NCBI GenBank assembly: GCA_964016885.1
Contig: OZ024748.1
Span: 14,136,001 to 14,200,000 of the forward strand
DNA: 64,000 bases
Source of the DNA: Eledone cirrhosa
Taxonomy: Eukaryota
Reading direction: 5' to 3'
Shown: positions 15,021 to 28,106 of the stretch, one piece after another
Numbering within the stretch: the first letter of the stretch is position 1
Layout of the letters: each line of letters opens with the position of its first letter
Notes under the pieces: model-generated
The model's database searches: none
Seen by the model: only the letters and a program-made list of their open reading frames with translations
Told to the model about the DNA's origin: nothing
Program-made: the position numbers and the translations under genes

Positions 15021-15179
15021 TATATATATATATATATATATATATATGCAAGTCCGTATTGATAGACGGCGTTTCTAGGATATGTTAAAACCTGGCAGCT
15101 CAGAACACAACAGATTTCCTCCAGAGAAAAGTAGAGAGTGAGAGAATGGAAGTGAGAAAGAGATATCGAAAAGAATCTA

Positions 15180-15234
<55 letters not shown>

Positions 15235-15444
15235 TGCATCCGTGTACCCTGGGCCTACCCCAGAACGGAAACATTTTGCCGGCGATATATCAACAAACCA
15301 CTTCTTAAAATTCTCTTTGTCTCTGATTATGTGACACCGATGCCAACCAGTTACCGATGTAAGCATTATATAATAACTACTCACCGTGTTAATGAATATG
15401 TGTATAATGTAATAAATACAATTATGTAAACCTAACGTGGTATC

Positions 15445-15480
<36 letters not shown>

Positions 15481-15494
15481 TCATTTACATATAT

Positions 15495-15566
15495 AGGACA
15501 TGGCAACAATGATGAGGGTCAGAGACTGCTGGAGAGAACTAGTCAATGGATTTCACCCGACCTAGA
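15495..15566 (+). mobile_element. Very short 5'-truncated copy of the RTE-type LINE at 50492
   Basis: DMATMMRVRDCWRELVNGFHPT* versus DMAAIMRDRDRWRELVHGSREFYPP*. Confidence 0.65.
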
Positions 15567-15569
15567 TGG

Positions 15570-15621
<52 letters not shown>

Positions 15622-16353
15622 CGAGAGCGAGAGAGACAGAGAGAGAGAGAGAGGGAGAGAGAGAGAGAGAGACGGAATACTCTTCGAATTATAATTCCAT
15701 CATGACATTTTCCATTAAAGTTATTTGCTGAACTAATATTGCTTTTATTTTATTTTTTATTTTATTCTTTCATCCCACTACTCTTATTATTACTAATATC
15801 TCCATTATTATCATTATATAATTATCATCTTTATTATTGTTATTATTAATAGTAGCAGTAATATTAATATTGCTTTTTATTCTTGCTATCATTGATAATG
15901 TTATCGATATACTAAGTCAAACTCTTGTGGCTAATAACAATACTAATACTATTGAGAATAAAAATAATGATATTAATTATGATAATAAAGTTAATGTTAT
16001 ATTTTGTTTTATTCCTCTTCTCTCTCTCTCTTTCTCTCTGTCTAAATCTCTCTCTCCCTCTCTGTGTCTCAATATCTCTCTCTCTCTCTCTCTATCTATA
16101 TATATATATATATGTTTGGGTTTGTTTTTCACCTGTTTGTCTTTATTATTCATACTTATATTTCTTAAGGAATGAATAAATAGGAATTGACTCTCTAACG
16201 GAAGGTTGTTGTAGGATACATACCATATATATATATATATATATATAAACAGATCGTAGGCCATATATATATATTTACTATGTATATATATATATATATA
16301 TATGAAACAAAAACAAAGGGCGCTTATATCATCAATTAATCTTTATTTGAAAC

Positions 16354-16387
<34 letters not shown>

Positions 16388-16599
16388 GTGGGAAAGTAAG
16401 ACATCGGAAAATAGACCGTTAAAACATGTTTATTTAAAACAGCACATACGTACGTTTCGCCCAGTTGGGCTTCTCAAGAGCATAAATAATCAAAAGTGTT
16501 CTTTACATTGCTCGGAAAGAGTTTTTGGGGTTAAATCCACGTCATTTGACGTATAAAAGATCGTAGGCCATATTGATATATATATTTACTATATATATA

Positions 16600-16740
16600 T
16601 CAGGAGATTCATGATGATTTCTAAAGAATGAAACAGTTATAGTCCTGTAAAACCTCATCTATATTAAAACTTTTATACTCTGCTACGTATTGAGTACCTT
16701 ACTTACTGTGGTTACCTCCGATTCAACCCGGAATAACTTA
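16600..16740 (+). mobile_element. Family C mini-element (relatives at 14500-14600 -, 25905-26025 +, 42100-42210 +, 54970-55038 -)
   Basis: Shared GAATGAAAC.GTT..CTTGTAGA and TATACTCTGCTA.GTATTGAGTACCTTACTTAC motifs; degenerate TGATGA-TTTC..GAAT-GAAA core. Confidence 0.55.
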
Positions 16741-16815
16741 CGTATATATATTTATATATATATATATATAGTGACGAAACATAAGTCAATTGCATGAACA
16801 CATAATCCTTTATTT

Positions 16816-16871
16816 ACTGCTATATATATTTCGATGATAGCCATTGAATGGCTATGACCTCATCAGGCAGT
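16816..16871 (-). ncRNA. Minimal type-I hammerhead ribozyme with canonical core
   Basis: ACTGC-CTGATGA-GGTCATAGCCATTCAATGGCTATCATC-GAAA-TATATA-TA-GCAGT; stem I ACTGC/GCAGT, long stem II, palindromic stem III. Confidence 0.8.
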
Positions 16872-17033
16872 TAGTCAGTTCTTAGATATGCCAGCTCTCT
16901 GTTTATAGTGTCGATGGTATCAGAGCCTTGGGACATATGAGCTTGTTAGGAACAATTTAATGTTGTCAGCAGGTATAGTCTTGATTCTCATTGGTCAGTT
17001 TGTAGATGGTAGTAGATATAGATATATATATAC

Positions 17034-17113
<80 letters not shown>

Positions 17114-17313
17114 TAGGGAAAAGAAAGGGGGAATGAAAAGGAGAGTGAGGAAAAGAAAGAGGGAATAAAAGGAGAGTGAGGAAAAGAAAGGGGGAATGAA
17201 GGGGGGAATTAAAGGAGAGTGAGCAAAAGGGGGAATGAAAAGGAGAGTGAGCAAAAGGGGGAATGAAAAGGAGAGTGGGGAAAAGAAAGGGGGAATGAAA
17301 GGAGAACGAGAAT

Positions 17314-17777
17314 GACGAAGGCGGGAGAAAGAGAGGGAGAAAGACGAAGGCGGGAGAAGGAGAGGGAGAAAGACGAAGGCGGGAGAAGGAGAGGGAGAAA
17401 GACGAAGGTGGGAGAAAGAGAGGGAGAAAGACGAAGGTGGGAGAAGGAGAGGGAGAAAGACGAAGGCGGGAGAAGGAGAGGGAGAAAGACGAAGGTGGGA
17501 GAAGGAGAGGGAGAAAGACGAAGGCGGGAGAAGGAGAGGGAGAAAGACGAAGGTGGGAGAAGGAGAGGGAGAAAGACGAAGGCGGGAGAAAGAGAGGAAG
17601 AAAGACGAAGGCGGGAGAAGGAGAGGGAGAAAGACCAAGGCGGGAGAAGGAGAGGGAGAAAGACGAAGGTGGGAGAAGGAGAGGGAGAAAGACGAAGGCG
17701 GGAGAAGGAGAGGGAGAAAGACGAAGGCGGGAGAAGGAGAGGGAGAAAGACGAAGGCGGGAGAAAGAGAGGGAGAAA
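17314..17777. repeat. 29 bp purine-rich minisatellite, about 16 copies, preceded by a GGGGAATGAAAAGGAGAGTGA repeat at 17115-17305
   Basis: Unit AGACGAAGG(C/T)GGGAGAAGGAGAGGGAGAA. Confidence 0.92.
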
Positions 17778-18183
17778 GAGAGTGATCTCGTTCGGATTAA
17801 AAGCAGATCAGGAAGAAGAACCCGCTGAGACGTCTGCGAGATTTGATTACTTTAACAGAATGACTGCCTTTTCAGAGTTGAGTGCAGTGAACTGGGGGAA
17901 AGACATAAAGACGTAACTGTCTGGGTGGTAACCCCATGCCTTCATTACGACAGGGAAGAGCATTCATGTGGAAGTCCCTATATTATAATACAGTATATGT
18001 TACCGGCTTATAGCAATCTCAAAGTACACACACACAGATATATACACATGCAGAGAGAGACAAAGGCGAACCCGATAGACACAGACACATACATCCACAT
18101 ATACTCTCTCTCGCGCTCTCTCTCTCTCTCTCTCTCTCTATCTATATATATCTATATCTATATATCTATATCTATATATATAT

Positions 18184-18530
18184 AGAAGAATCAGGATGGA
18201 GAGAGAGGTGCTGCACCCCAGCAAATGTTATGAAAGGTGGGCGAATATGGCAAAGATGGCCCGAGTGGTTGGGCCTCTCTCTATATAAGCCTGTAGGTTG
18301 AGTAAAAAGAGGAAGTGAGGAAGGGAGTACTCACTCTTGGTGCTCCTGGAGATGAGGGATGTACATTTTTGGGGGGTGTGTACAACCCCTGTGTAACGCC
18401 TCCCCCCTATTGAGGATATCAATTTTTATTTGTTGTTTTATTAATAGTTTTATTTTCATATACCTGTATGTAAACTCCCCATTTGTATTTGTCCCCTTCT
18501 TTTGTGCCCTTGTGGCTAATAAAGAAATTT
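18184..18530 (+). mobile_element. 3' end (ORF2 C-terminus plus 3' UTR) of a LINE, probably L1/Tx1-like
   Basis: RRIRMEREVLHPSKCYERWANMAKMARVVGPLSI* followed by a UTR ending GTGGCTAATAAAGAAAT; terminal ~70 bp recurs inverted at 30218-30298. Confidence 0.55.
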
Positions 18531-18579
18531 ATATATATATACATATATATATATAGAAAGAGAGAGATACTTATATACA

Positions 18580-18622
<43 letters not shown>

Positions 18623-19058
18623 TGTGGTGTGGTGTGGTGTGGTGTGGTGTGGTGTGGTGTGGTGTGGTGTGGTGTGGTGTGGTGTGGTGTGGTGTGGTGT
18701 GGTGTGGTGTGGTGTGTGTGTGTGTGTATATTGATACTTATATAAATACATATAAGTGTGCGTGCGTGTGTGTATGTATATATATATATATATATATATA
18801 TACATACATATATGTATATATATATATTGATACTTATATACATACATATATGTGGGTGCGTATATATATATATTGATACTTATATACATACATGTGTGTG
18901 TATACATGTGTATACATTTGTATACACCTACGCGCACGCACACAAATAATATATGTATGAATATATGTACATATACACTATACACTAAACAACACACTAG
19001 ATTCCAACACATACTGTGGATAATGTGTTTGTCTTTATAATTCTTATTATACAACACA

Positions 19059-19274
19059 GCGGTGGATTGGCAGTATCGGTAGAGGGTCGGATGCCATGCT
19101 TTCCAGCATAGTTACGTCCCTTTACGATCTGAGTTCAAATCCCGCCGAGGTTGACTTTGCCTTTCATCCTTACGGGGTCGATAAAATAAAAGTACCAGTA
19201 ATGCACTGGGTAATTGCTGGCCTTGTGCCTAAAGTAGAAACAATTATTATTATACATACATACCGACATACATA

Positions 19275-19311
<37 letters not shown>

Positions 19312-19578
19312 ACACACACACACACACACACCAGTAATGCACTAGTGATTTGCTTGCCTTGTGCCTAAAATAGAAACAATTATACAACACTGCGGTGGAT
19401 TGGCAGTATCGGTAGAGGGTCGGACGCCATGCTTTCCAGCTTAGTTACGTCCCTTTACGATCTGAGTTCAAATCCCGCCGAGGTTGACTTTGCCTTTCAT
19501 CTTTACGGGGTCGATAAAATAAAGTACCAGTAATGCACTGGTGAATTGCTGGCCTTGTGCCTAAAGTAGAAACAATTA
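19059..19578 (+). mobile_element. Two full major-family SINEs (19059-19246 and 19392-19578) plus a 3' fragment (19331-19383)
   Basis: A-box TGGCAGTATCGG, B-box GAGTTCAAATC, central TTTGCCTTTCATCCTTACGGGGTCGATAAAATAAAGTACCAG (resembles the MetaSINE domain, from memory), tail GAAACAATTA. Confidence 0.9.
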
Positions 19579-19892
19579 TACAACACAGAAGAGCAGTCGA
19601 CTGCATCGCTGTATTTAATTAAGTCTTTCGACTTTCGGGTTCAGATCTCGTGGAACTCAATTTTGACATCCGTAATTGCAGGTCTGATAAAACAAAATAT
19701 CAGTTGGACACTGAGGTCGATGCTATCGATTTTAATTCAAATTTCTGAGTGTGCCAATATTAGAAAGAATTATGCGACAGAAACATAACTATATCCAAGG
19801 TTAAAATATATATGTGCGTGTGTATGTGTGTGTGCGTGTATATATATATACACACACACACACACACATATGAGAGGAAGGTATATATATCC

Positions 19893-19935
<43 letters not shown>

Positions 19936-20533
19936 TTTGTTTGTTTGTTATTACGCTTGTGGGTGTGTATATATGTGTATCAGCGTGTGTCTTGAAGTGA
20001 TTGTGTATGTCATTAAACTAATTTCCATAAATTTATTTAGCCCGAAATTCCCCCGTTGACTGTCCGTTGTTTCCAATTCACTTAACCTATTTAAAAATAT
20101 CTATCTCGTGAGAAATCAGTGCAGTACCGTTTAAGATTGGCCAGGCTTCCATCTTGGAAAAACCAGTCTTTGAAATATCTTTGAGTTTTTCCTTCGTTTT
20201 TACCAGTAGCAGTTTGATCGAATATGAATGTATATAACTATGTCTACACACACGCGCGCATACACGTGTGTGTATATATAAACACGCACCTATATATATA
20301 TATATATATATATAAGTACACACATATATACACACACATATATATATATATATATACTCATACACACAAATATATATATATACATATATGTATATACACA
20401 CATACACACAAATATATATATATATATATACACATATATATAAATACAGACAAATATATACATATACATATATGTATATACACACATACACACAAATATA
20501 TATATATATATACATATATATAAATACACACAA

Positions 20534-20582
<49 letters not shown>

Positions 20583-20914
20583 AATATATATATATATATG
20601 TGCATATATACACACACACAAATATATATATATACACACCTATATAGTTTCAACTTTCTTGTCTATGTTGTTTCTTGGAAACTGTTTTATATCCAAAGTC
20701 ATTTAATAATTCATCAATATAGGAATTCGGAAGAAACCTCAATAATTTTCTTAGATCACTGTCGTTGCAAAGACAGCCTTAACCGTTAGTTGCTGCTATT
20801 GGTACTCATTTACAGAAGAGTGAAGGAAAGGGATATAAGAATGCCTTGCTCAAGGACACCACACCTAATCCGCTCTACATTCCGTGCACACGTCGTTATT
20901 GTTATATTCCCAAG

Positions 20915-21320
20915 ATCCTAAATAATAAGTCACGTGCCATCACGTTGAACCTGCCTTTGTCAAATGCATAGTGTCACCTAGTCTGGGAATGGAACCGCCA
21001 AACAAGTTATGATCATGTGTCCAACATCCTAAACACTGAGTCACTCGCTCTCAAGGTGAACGTGCTTTTTTCGAAAGCAACGTTTCATCCAAGTCTTGGA
21101 ATCAAACTCCGAACCACGTTATGTTAATTTGTCCAATATCCTAAAACACTGAGTCACGTGCCATTACGGGGGACATAGATTTTGACAAAACATGCAACAA
21201 AACATGCAACCCTGTCTGGGAATCGAATGCGCTACCTTAATATCGTGTATACTATGTCATACCTAACCGCTAATTCACACTCCATCATGGTGTACATACC
21301 TTTGTCAAAAAGCAATACAG
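20915..21320 (-). repeat. Tandem array of 3-4 decayed tRNA-like SINE heads (~112 bp period)
   Basis: (A)TCCTAAA..GAGTCAC recurs at 20915, 21026, 21138 and 21261, with CTGGGAAT(C/G)GAA (reverse B box) in the intervening units. Confidence 0.65.
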
Positions 21321-21771
21321 AATGTCAACCATTTTGGTTTCTAAGCAACCAATCTGAGATAAATACATTTCATGAAACAATAGAAATTTTCAGCCATACA
21401 ACCTTCAAATAGCGAATAAATTGTGTTTGTGTTCGCAAAGGTGTAGAAACTTGTCATAAACGGCTGCTGTAGACTGCAGCTATAAATCCTTATTGTTTAC
21501 ATCTGAAAGATGGCGGTGAAATATTATTATGGCACGCCGACAGCGAACGGTTGTGGCATTGTCTTTCTCGAGATAAATTTGATAGCCTGTATTGTAAGGT
21601 CATCAAAAATAATCATCGTCGAGATGTTCCTAAGCAAAGTGGTCTCGTGTTGTCAGCAGGATATTAACAGAACCTGTTTAGACTAGCAGCTAATATTACA
21701 AAAGCAATTAAATTGAAACAATTTTACGCAGCCAATTTTACACGTGGAGACTTACATACACAAGCGAAAGT

Positions 21772-21834
<63 letters not shown>

Positions 21835-23504
21835 GAGATAGAGAGAGAGAGAGAAAGAGAGAGTAGGAGATAGAGAGAAAGAGAGAGTTGGAGATAGAGA
21901 GAAAGAGAGAGTTGGAGATAGAGAGAAATAAACAGAGATACTGAGATAGAGAGAAAGAAATCTTCTTTGAAACTAAGGTAATATTATATAGCTCAAGAGA
22001 GGAGGGACATTGAAGATAAACTATATTCAATTAAAGCAAGAAAAGCGAGGGCGATAATGCTATGTGTCTACATCAAGTTGTGTGGTTTATTTACATCAGT
22101 TTTTCAAAGGAAATTACTTATATGGAGTGGCAGGTAGTTACTTATTTCTCAGTAAAAATCCACCATGTTGTAAGGGCAGTGTAAGTAATAGATGCGGTTC
22201 AGTTAAGCGTTAAATAGACTTTCCTACTTTATTGAAAACAAAATAAAAATTAAAGATTCTATCATTTTTATGCTTTGTTTTCATTTGCGTTATTGTTGCT
22301 TCTGTTCTTGGTTTCCCTGTTGTGGTTCTTGTCGTTGTTGGTGTTGTCGTTGTTGTTCTTCTGTTCTTGGTCTTGTTATTGTTGTCGTTCTTGATGTTGC
22401 TGTTGGTCTTTGTTATTGCTGGTGTTGTGTTCTTGTTGTTGTTGTTGTTGGTGGTGTTGTTCTTATTATTGCCGTTGTTGTTCTCTTCTTGGTCCTGATG
22501 TTGCTGTTGGTCTAGTTATTGCCCTTCATAAACATCATCATCATCATCATCATCTTCACCACCACCAACATCATCACCATCACTATCACCTTCTCCATCA
22601 CCTTCTCCACCACCACCACCACCAACACCATCATTATCTTCTTCATCATATTCTTCATCACATCAGCATCTTGTCCTTGATGGTGTTGCTGTTGACCTTG
22701 TTATTTCTGTTGCTCTTCTTGTTCTTGTTCTTATTCTTAATTGTTGTTGTAGTTTCCATGTACTTAGAGCAATATTAATTATGGAGGATTGAATTGGTTT
22801 TTCGCCTACATGAATATTTTAAAACAAATAACTCACCTGCTGCTAACAATAAAGTAAATCAGACTCGAGTATTATTTTTGGAAATCTCGAAGAGAGGAAA
22901 CTTTAACTGGAGTTAAAACGAAGCATTCTTTTACTCTCTCTCTAACTTTCTTTCTGTAATCACAGCATACACACACTCTCTCTCTTCCCTTCATTCCCTA
23001 TCTCTCTTCCCTTCATTCACTCTATCTATCCCCTATATTCACTCTCTCTATACCATCTTCATTTCCTCTTTTTCTCCCCTTCTTTCTATTTGTCTCCTCT
23101 TACTTCTTTCTCTCTTTCGCACTCTCCTCTTCAGTCCTCCCCCCCTCTCTCTCTCTCACTTTCATTCCCACTCTCTCCACTCCATCCAATCTCCCCCTCG
23201 TTCTCTCTCTCTCTCTCTCTCCTGTTCACCCCTCCTCCATCTCACTCCCCCTCTCGTTACTCACATGTACATATATATGTTCATGTGGGTAGAAAGGGTG
23301 GGGGGGGGGAGATGTTAATGTGCATTTCAGTAAGTGCACATATATGTGTATGCATCAGTGTGCATTTATTTGTCAGGGCGGGTGGGGTGGGGGGGGGGTA
23401 GCTGTACTAATAGGAAGCACCATTATTTCATAACGAAATATTGCTTCCTTCATCCTTACAAAATTGTTTTCAATTATACATAATCATGCATGTATGTGTA
23501 TGTG

Positions 23505-23550
<46 letters not shown>

Positions 23551-23665
23551 TGGGTATATATGAATGTATATGAATATATATATTTATATGTATATGCGGG
23601 TATATATGTGTGTGTATATATATGTATAAACATATATACGTACAAATATGTAAATATTTATATAC

Positions 23666-23702
<37 letters not shown>

Positions 23703-23721
23703 TGTGTGTGTCTGTATGTAA

Positions 23722-23755
<34 letters not shown>

Positions 23756-24129
23756 CTGTGCGTGTGTGTGTGTGAGTTAACTCCAATCTAACTTGATAAA
23801 TATTCTTGCTTAATGTATCTCATTTCCAGAAACTGGAGGGGATATAATCCTTTATGGGGCTAGATATTCCGCTATGTTGTCTACAATGTATTCGTTTCTG
23901 TTCATCATATTCATATTCTCTTAACACTTTAATGCATTTTCGTAATAATCAATACTGTGATAATAGGTGTGGACAGGGCTGTGTGATTAAGTGTTACACT
24001 TTGCTAACCCCTGATTCTGGGTTCGGTTGTACAGTGCGGTATCGGAGGTATGTGTAATTTAACCAATGCATTCGTAGTGCCATTTGAGGGACACATGTGT
24101 GTGAGAGGTGTATGTATATATGTGTATAC

Positions 24130-24160
<31 letters not shown>

Positions 24161-24164
<4 letters not shown>

Positions 24165-24350
24165 GATATTAATAAATGGAAACTATATTTATAAAACCAT
24201 ATTTATTTCATTATACATATTTCAGGGATACCAAATTAAATTATGGTATGCCTTCATCAGACAAAATTCAATATATAAAAGTTTTACAAATAAGCTTTGA
24301 CGTACCCTTTTAAAATGCAACCATTATTTTTGGAAGCCATCCGGATAGTG
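24161..24350 (-). mobile_element. Family A copy 3 (single arm)
   Basis: Starts at the same ATACGATATTA point as copies 1 and 2; its continuation is the reverse complement of the copy 2 spacer. Confidence 0.8.
24205..24267 (-). ncRNA. Type-I hammerhead motif with canonical CUGAUGA core
   Basis: ATTTTGT-CTGATGA-AGGCATACCA..TGGTATCCCT-GAAA-TATGTA-TA-ATGAAAT. Confidence 0.72.
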
Positions 24351-24362
24351 AGTTGTTTATAT

Positions 24363-24407
<45 letters not shown>

Positions 24408-24495
24408 TAGATATATATAGTAAAAGTTTGGTATATATATTGAAGGGTAAGAGCACTCGGTCCAGAGGATATACACACATTCATACATATACACT

Positions 24496-24683
24496 CGGTG
24501 GATTGGCAGTATCGATAGAGGGTCGGACGCCATGCTTTGATATATAGAGTTACGGCCCTTGCCATTCTGAGTTCAAATCCCGCCGAGGTTAACTTTGCCT
24601 TTCATCCTTACGGGGTCGATAAAATAAAGTACCAGTGATGCACTGGGTAATTGGTGGCCTTGTGCCACAAGCAGAAACAATTA
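24496..24683 (+). mobile_element. Major SINE, full length
   Basis: Same head, core and tail as 19059. Confidence 0.9.
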
Positions 24684-24859
24684 TATATATATATGTATAT
24701 ATACATATACACTCATATATATATATTATATATATACATATATACACACTCATATATATATATACACACATATAGTAAAATGTTGGTATATATATCCAAG
24801 AGTAAGAGCACTCGGTCCAGAGGACGAGTTTAGTACACATAAAGACTTTACATTTATTT

Positions 24860-24912
24860 TTCTTATGCTGAATGATTTGGGGGTACAAAACCCAACGAAA
24901 CTTAAGTACCTG
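24860..24912 (+). ncRNA. Hammerhead-like motif with a 1 nt core insertion
   Basis: CTGAATGA-TTTGGG..CCCAAC-GAAA-CTTAAG-TA; palindromic stem III, weak stem I. Confidence 0.4.
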
Positions 24913-24963
24913 TTTATGTCAATATTGTAATTATATATACCTCTCTCTCTCTATATATATATA

Positions 24964-24998
<35 letters not shown>

Positions 24999-25694
24999 CA
25001 CAATGAAAAGAAATGGTGAAGTTTAGTTTTTACGATCATTTCAGAAGGGTGATTGATCATAATTCTATATAGTGACTAATTGATAGTAGTTATGTAGTCC
25101 TGCATTGTGAGTCTCGATAATCCACGTCTATCTCACTGTCTTCATAGAAAAGCCATCGAAAACCTCTCACGAAGTGGAGATTAGTACAATATTAAACATA
25201 ATTGCGTATTCAAGGTTTATACTACCCATTTTGATGCTACGCGTGTTCGTGAGGCGTTTAGCCTAAACGAGTGCAAAAACATCTTGACTTTTATCAAGTG
25301 GTCGCTCATTCCCTTTTACGTAGAGATAGCTAAAACCAAAAGACGATCCAAAGACATAGGAACATCTACCTACTCTAAGATAACTCAATGAAGCACGACC
25401 AGAAGGCGAGGACGATATATTAAAAGACAGAGGGAACAATTAAAACATTCTGAGCCAGCCAACATCCCTTCGATAAGTGACGAGATCTAGAGCTAGAACA
25501 AGCTACCAAGCATTGAAAACGGACTTAAGTGTCGGTTATAAATATATATATATATATATATACATATATAATAAGGTTGACGGACCCACCATATTTATCA
25601 ATGCCAGTACCGGTTGTATCTCAGCGCACTCAATGGGCAATGTAAGATACATTACCAGAGTATACACGTAGTTATTTGCCTCAACACAACACAC

Positions 25695-25730
<36 letters not shown>

Positions 25731-25828
25731 GCACACATACATACATACAAACGAATTGTTATGTATTGCAAGACACTTCAAAAACATGACTTTTCATACT
25801 CCAGAATGCTTCAAGCAAACACCACACC

Positions 25829-25902
<74 letters not shown>

Positions 25903-27191
25903 CGACTTCCTTCGAATAAAACAGTTCTAGTCTTGTAGAAGCCATTTTTATTTCTATATTAAATATTTATACTCTGCTATGTATTGAGTACCTTACTTAC
26001 TTACCGATTGAACCCGGGAGACGCACACATTATATATATATATATATATATATATATTTAGATATATATATATATACTCCATTACTGATACAGAAAAATA
26101 TATTCGTATATTACTTTCCACTCTAATAGCTTATATATATATATATATGTGCGTGTGTGTGTGTGCGTAAAATATAAAAATATACAGACAAAACAAACAA
26201 TGAAATGAAAAATAACAACACAAACAATACACAAGACATACAACACAAACACAATGGAAACAGTGCAATAACACAGCGTAATAGTGTCTTAAGAGAGAGG
26301 GAGAGATTGAGAGAGAGGGAAACAGAGTGAGAGAGAGAGAGAGAGGGGGAAACTGAGAGTGAGAGAGAATGGTAATAGGGTGGTTAAGAAAATATTATCT
26401 TTGAAGTAAAATAACCTAAGCTGTCAGAACTATAAGAACTTGTCAATGACGAGCAGATGTGTGCAATGGAGAAGCTATTTAGCAGACGGTAAGCCTAAAG
26501 AACAAGAAAAGATGGCTCCGGCATGCCAGTGTTGATATGAAAATAATGAACATGAAGAATTATACTTAAAGGAACCCGTAGCAGAAGAGGCGAAAAAACT
26601 AACAGACTATTAAGATAATCTTTATTCATATTCATTTGTATATATTTACAAAGAGACAAAGAGAAAAAATAAGAAAAGAAGAAAGCTGTAATAATTTTTG
26701 AGAGGAGGGTGGTAGAGGCAAAAACTATACCCTGCAGAGAAGATGACGAAACCATTTCTGCAGATGCGTAGAACAGCCATCATTACCCTATACATCAACC
26801 ATTTCTTCCTTTGTCAGGAAGCGAAGCCCCCTTCCAATTTCGGCGGAGCAAAACGACAATCCGAGAATCGAGAAGAGAGGGCCTCGAATGTAATCATTTT
26901 GATAACAAACCTCTTGAAACCACCCCTGATTCTATGATAAAATATTATTTCATTCATAACCTTCGTGTTTCTCAAAAAACCTTCCATCATAATTTCATGT
27001 AAAAACCTTTGTTAAGTTATATTTACTAACTTCCTCCAAATACTTTATTTCTTTCAAAATGACTCGAAAAACCTTAAGAAGACTCATTACAATTATGGTA
27101 ACGAAGGAATTAAGGTGATTATTTTTATTTTAAAACTTACCATCAAATTTCAGGTCAGAACCGTTAGTGTCGTGTTTCTAACACCAACTGA

Positions 27192-27775
27192 ATAATGGTT
27201 TCTGATTTAGCCACATGCCAACAATTTGGGGGAGGAGGAAGTCGATTAATTCGACTCTAGTGCGTTACTGATTCCTTATTTTATCGACCCTGTAAGTATG
27301 AAAGACAAAGCTAACATTGGTGGGATTTTGAACTCAGAACGTAAACAGCCGTAACTATATGCAGCAAATCATATTGTCTAACGCTCTATCGATTCTGCCA
27401 ATCCATCACACCCTAATAAGGGTTTCTGATTTAGGCACAAAGACAACAGTTTTGGGTGAGGTAAATGTCAGTTAAATTAACAACAGTATATTACTGGTAC
27501 TTTGCCTTTCGTCCTTATAAGGGTCAATAAAACAAAGCTAGCCTCAGTGGCATGTTAACTCAGTACGTAACGGAACGTAACAATATGCGACAAAGAATTT
27601 TGTCAGACATTCTACCGATACGATCAATCTTCCACTCTTAACACCAAACTAATAATAAGTATGTCAGTTATATTACAAAATTCATACAAATACTTCATTA
27701 TTTTCAACATAAAATAAAGTACCAGTAATGCACTGGTTAATTGCTGGCCTTGTGCCAAAAGTAGAAACAATTATT
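27192..27775 (-). mobile_element. Two tandem long-subtype SINEs (27192-27410 and 27415-27635, -) plus a + strand 3' fragment (27710-27775)
   Basis: TTTTATCGACCC..GAACTCAG..CTGCCAATCC motifs. Confidence 0.75.
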
Positions 27776-28065
27776 TTCAACAGCATTTGAAAATCACAGG
27801 CAATGACTTTCATGAGAAATTCATTAACAATAAGGTGTCCATTGCACTGACTGATGTGATAGTTACTGTTGCAGAGCATCACTACACATGATGTTTATAG
27901 AAAATAACAGAATAAAACTCACAAATAAATATATAACGCTTCATATATACTTCCACGATTCATTAAACTCAAGGTACTGGCAATAATCTGAGTGTGTTAG
28001 CCTGTCTAAATAGTGTAGCTGGTGTTGTTGCCTCTAACGATATAGTCATATGTGTGTGCGTGTGT

Positions 28066-28106
<41 letters not shown>

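Noticed and set aside
17312-17916. Charged repetitive ORFs and a CRISPR-like regular 29 bp repeat
   Set aside because: Contiguous minisatellite with no unique spacers or cas genes; the open frames result from purine-only composition.
19059-19150. tRNA-like A and B boxes
   Set aside because: No cloverleaf and extended box spacing; these are SINE heads, not tRNA genes.
26818-26889. Possible 72 bp exon (EAKPPSNFGGAKRQSENREERASN) after a good acceptor
   Set aside because: Weak donor (GTAATC), no partner exons and no recognisable homology.
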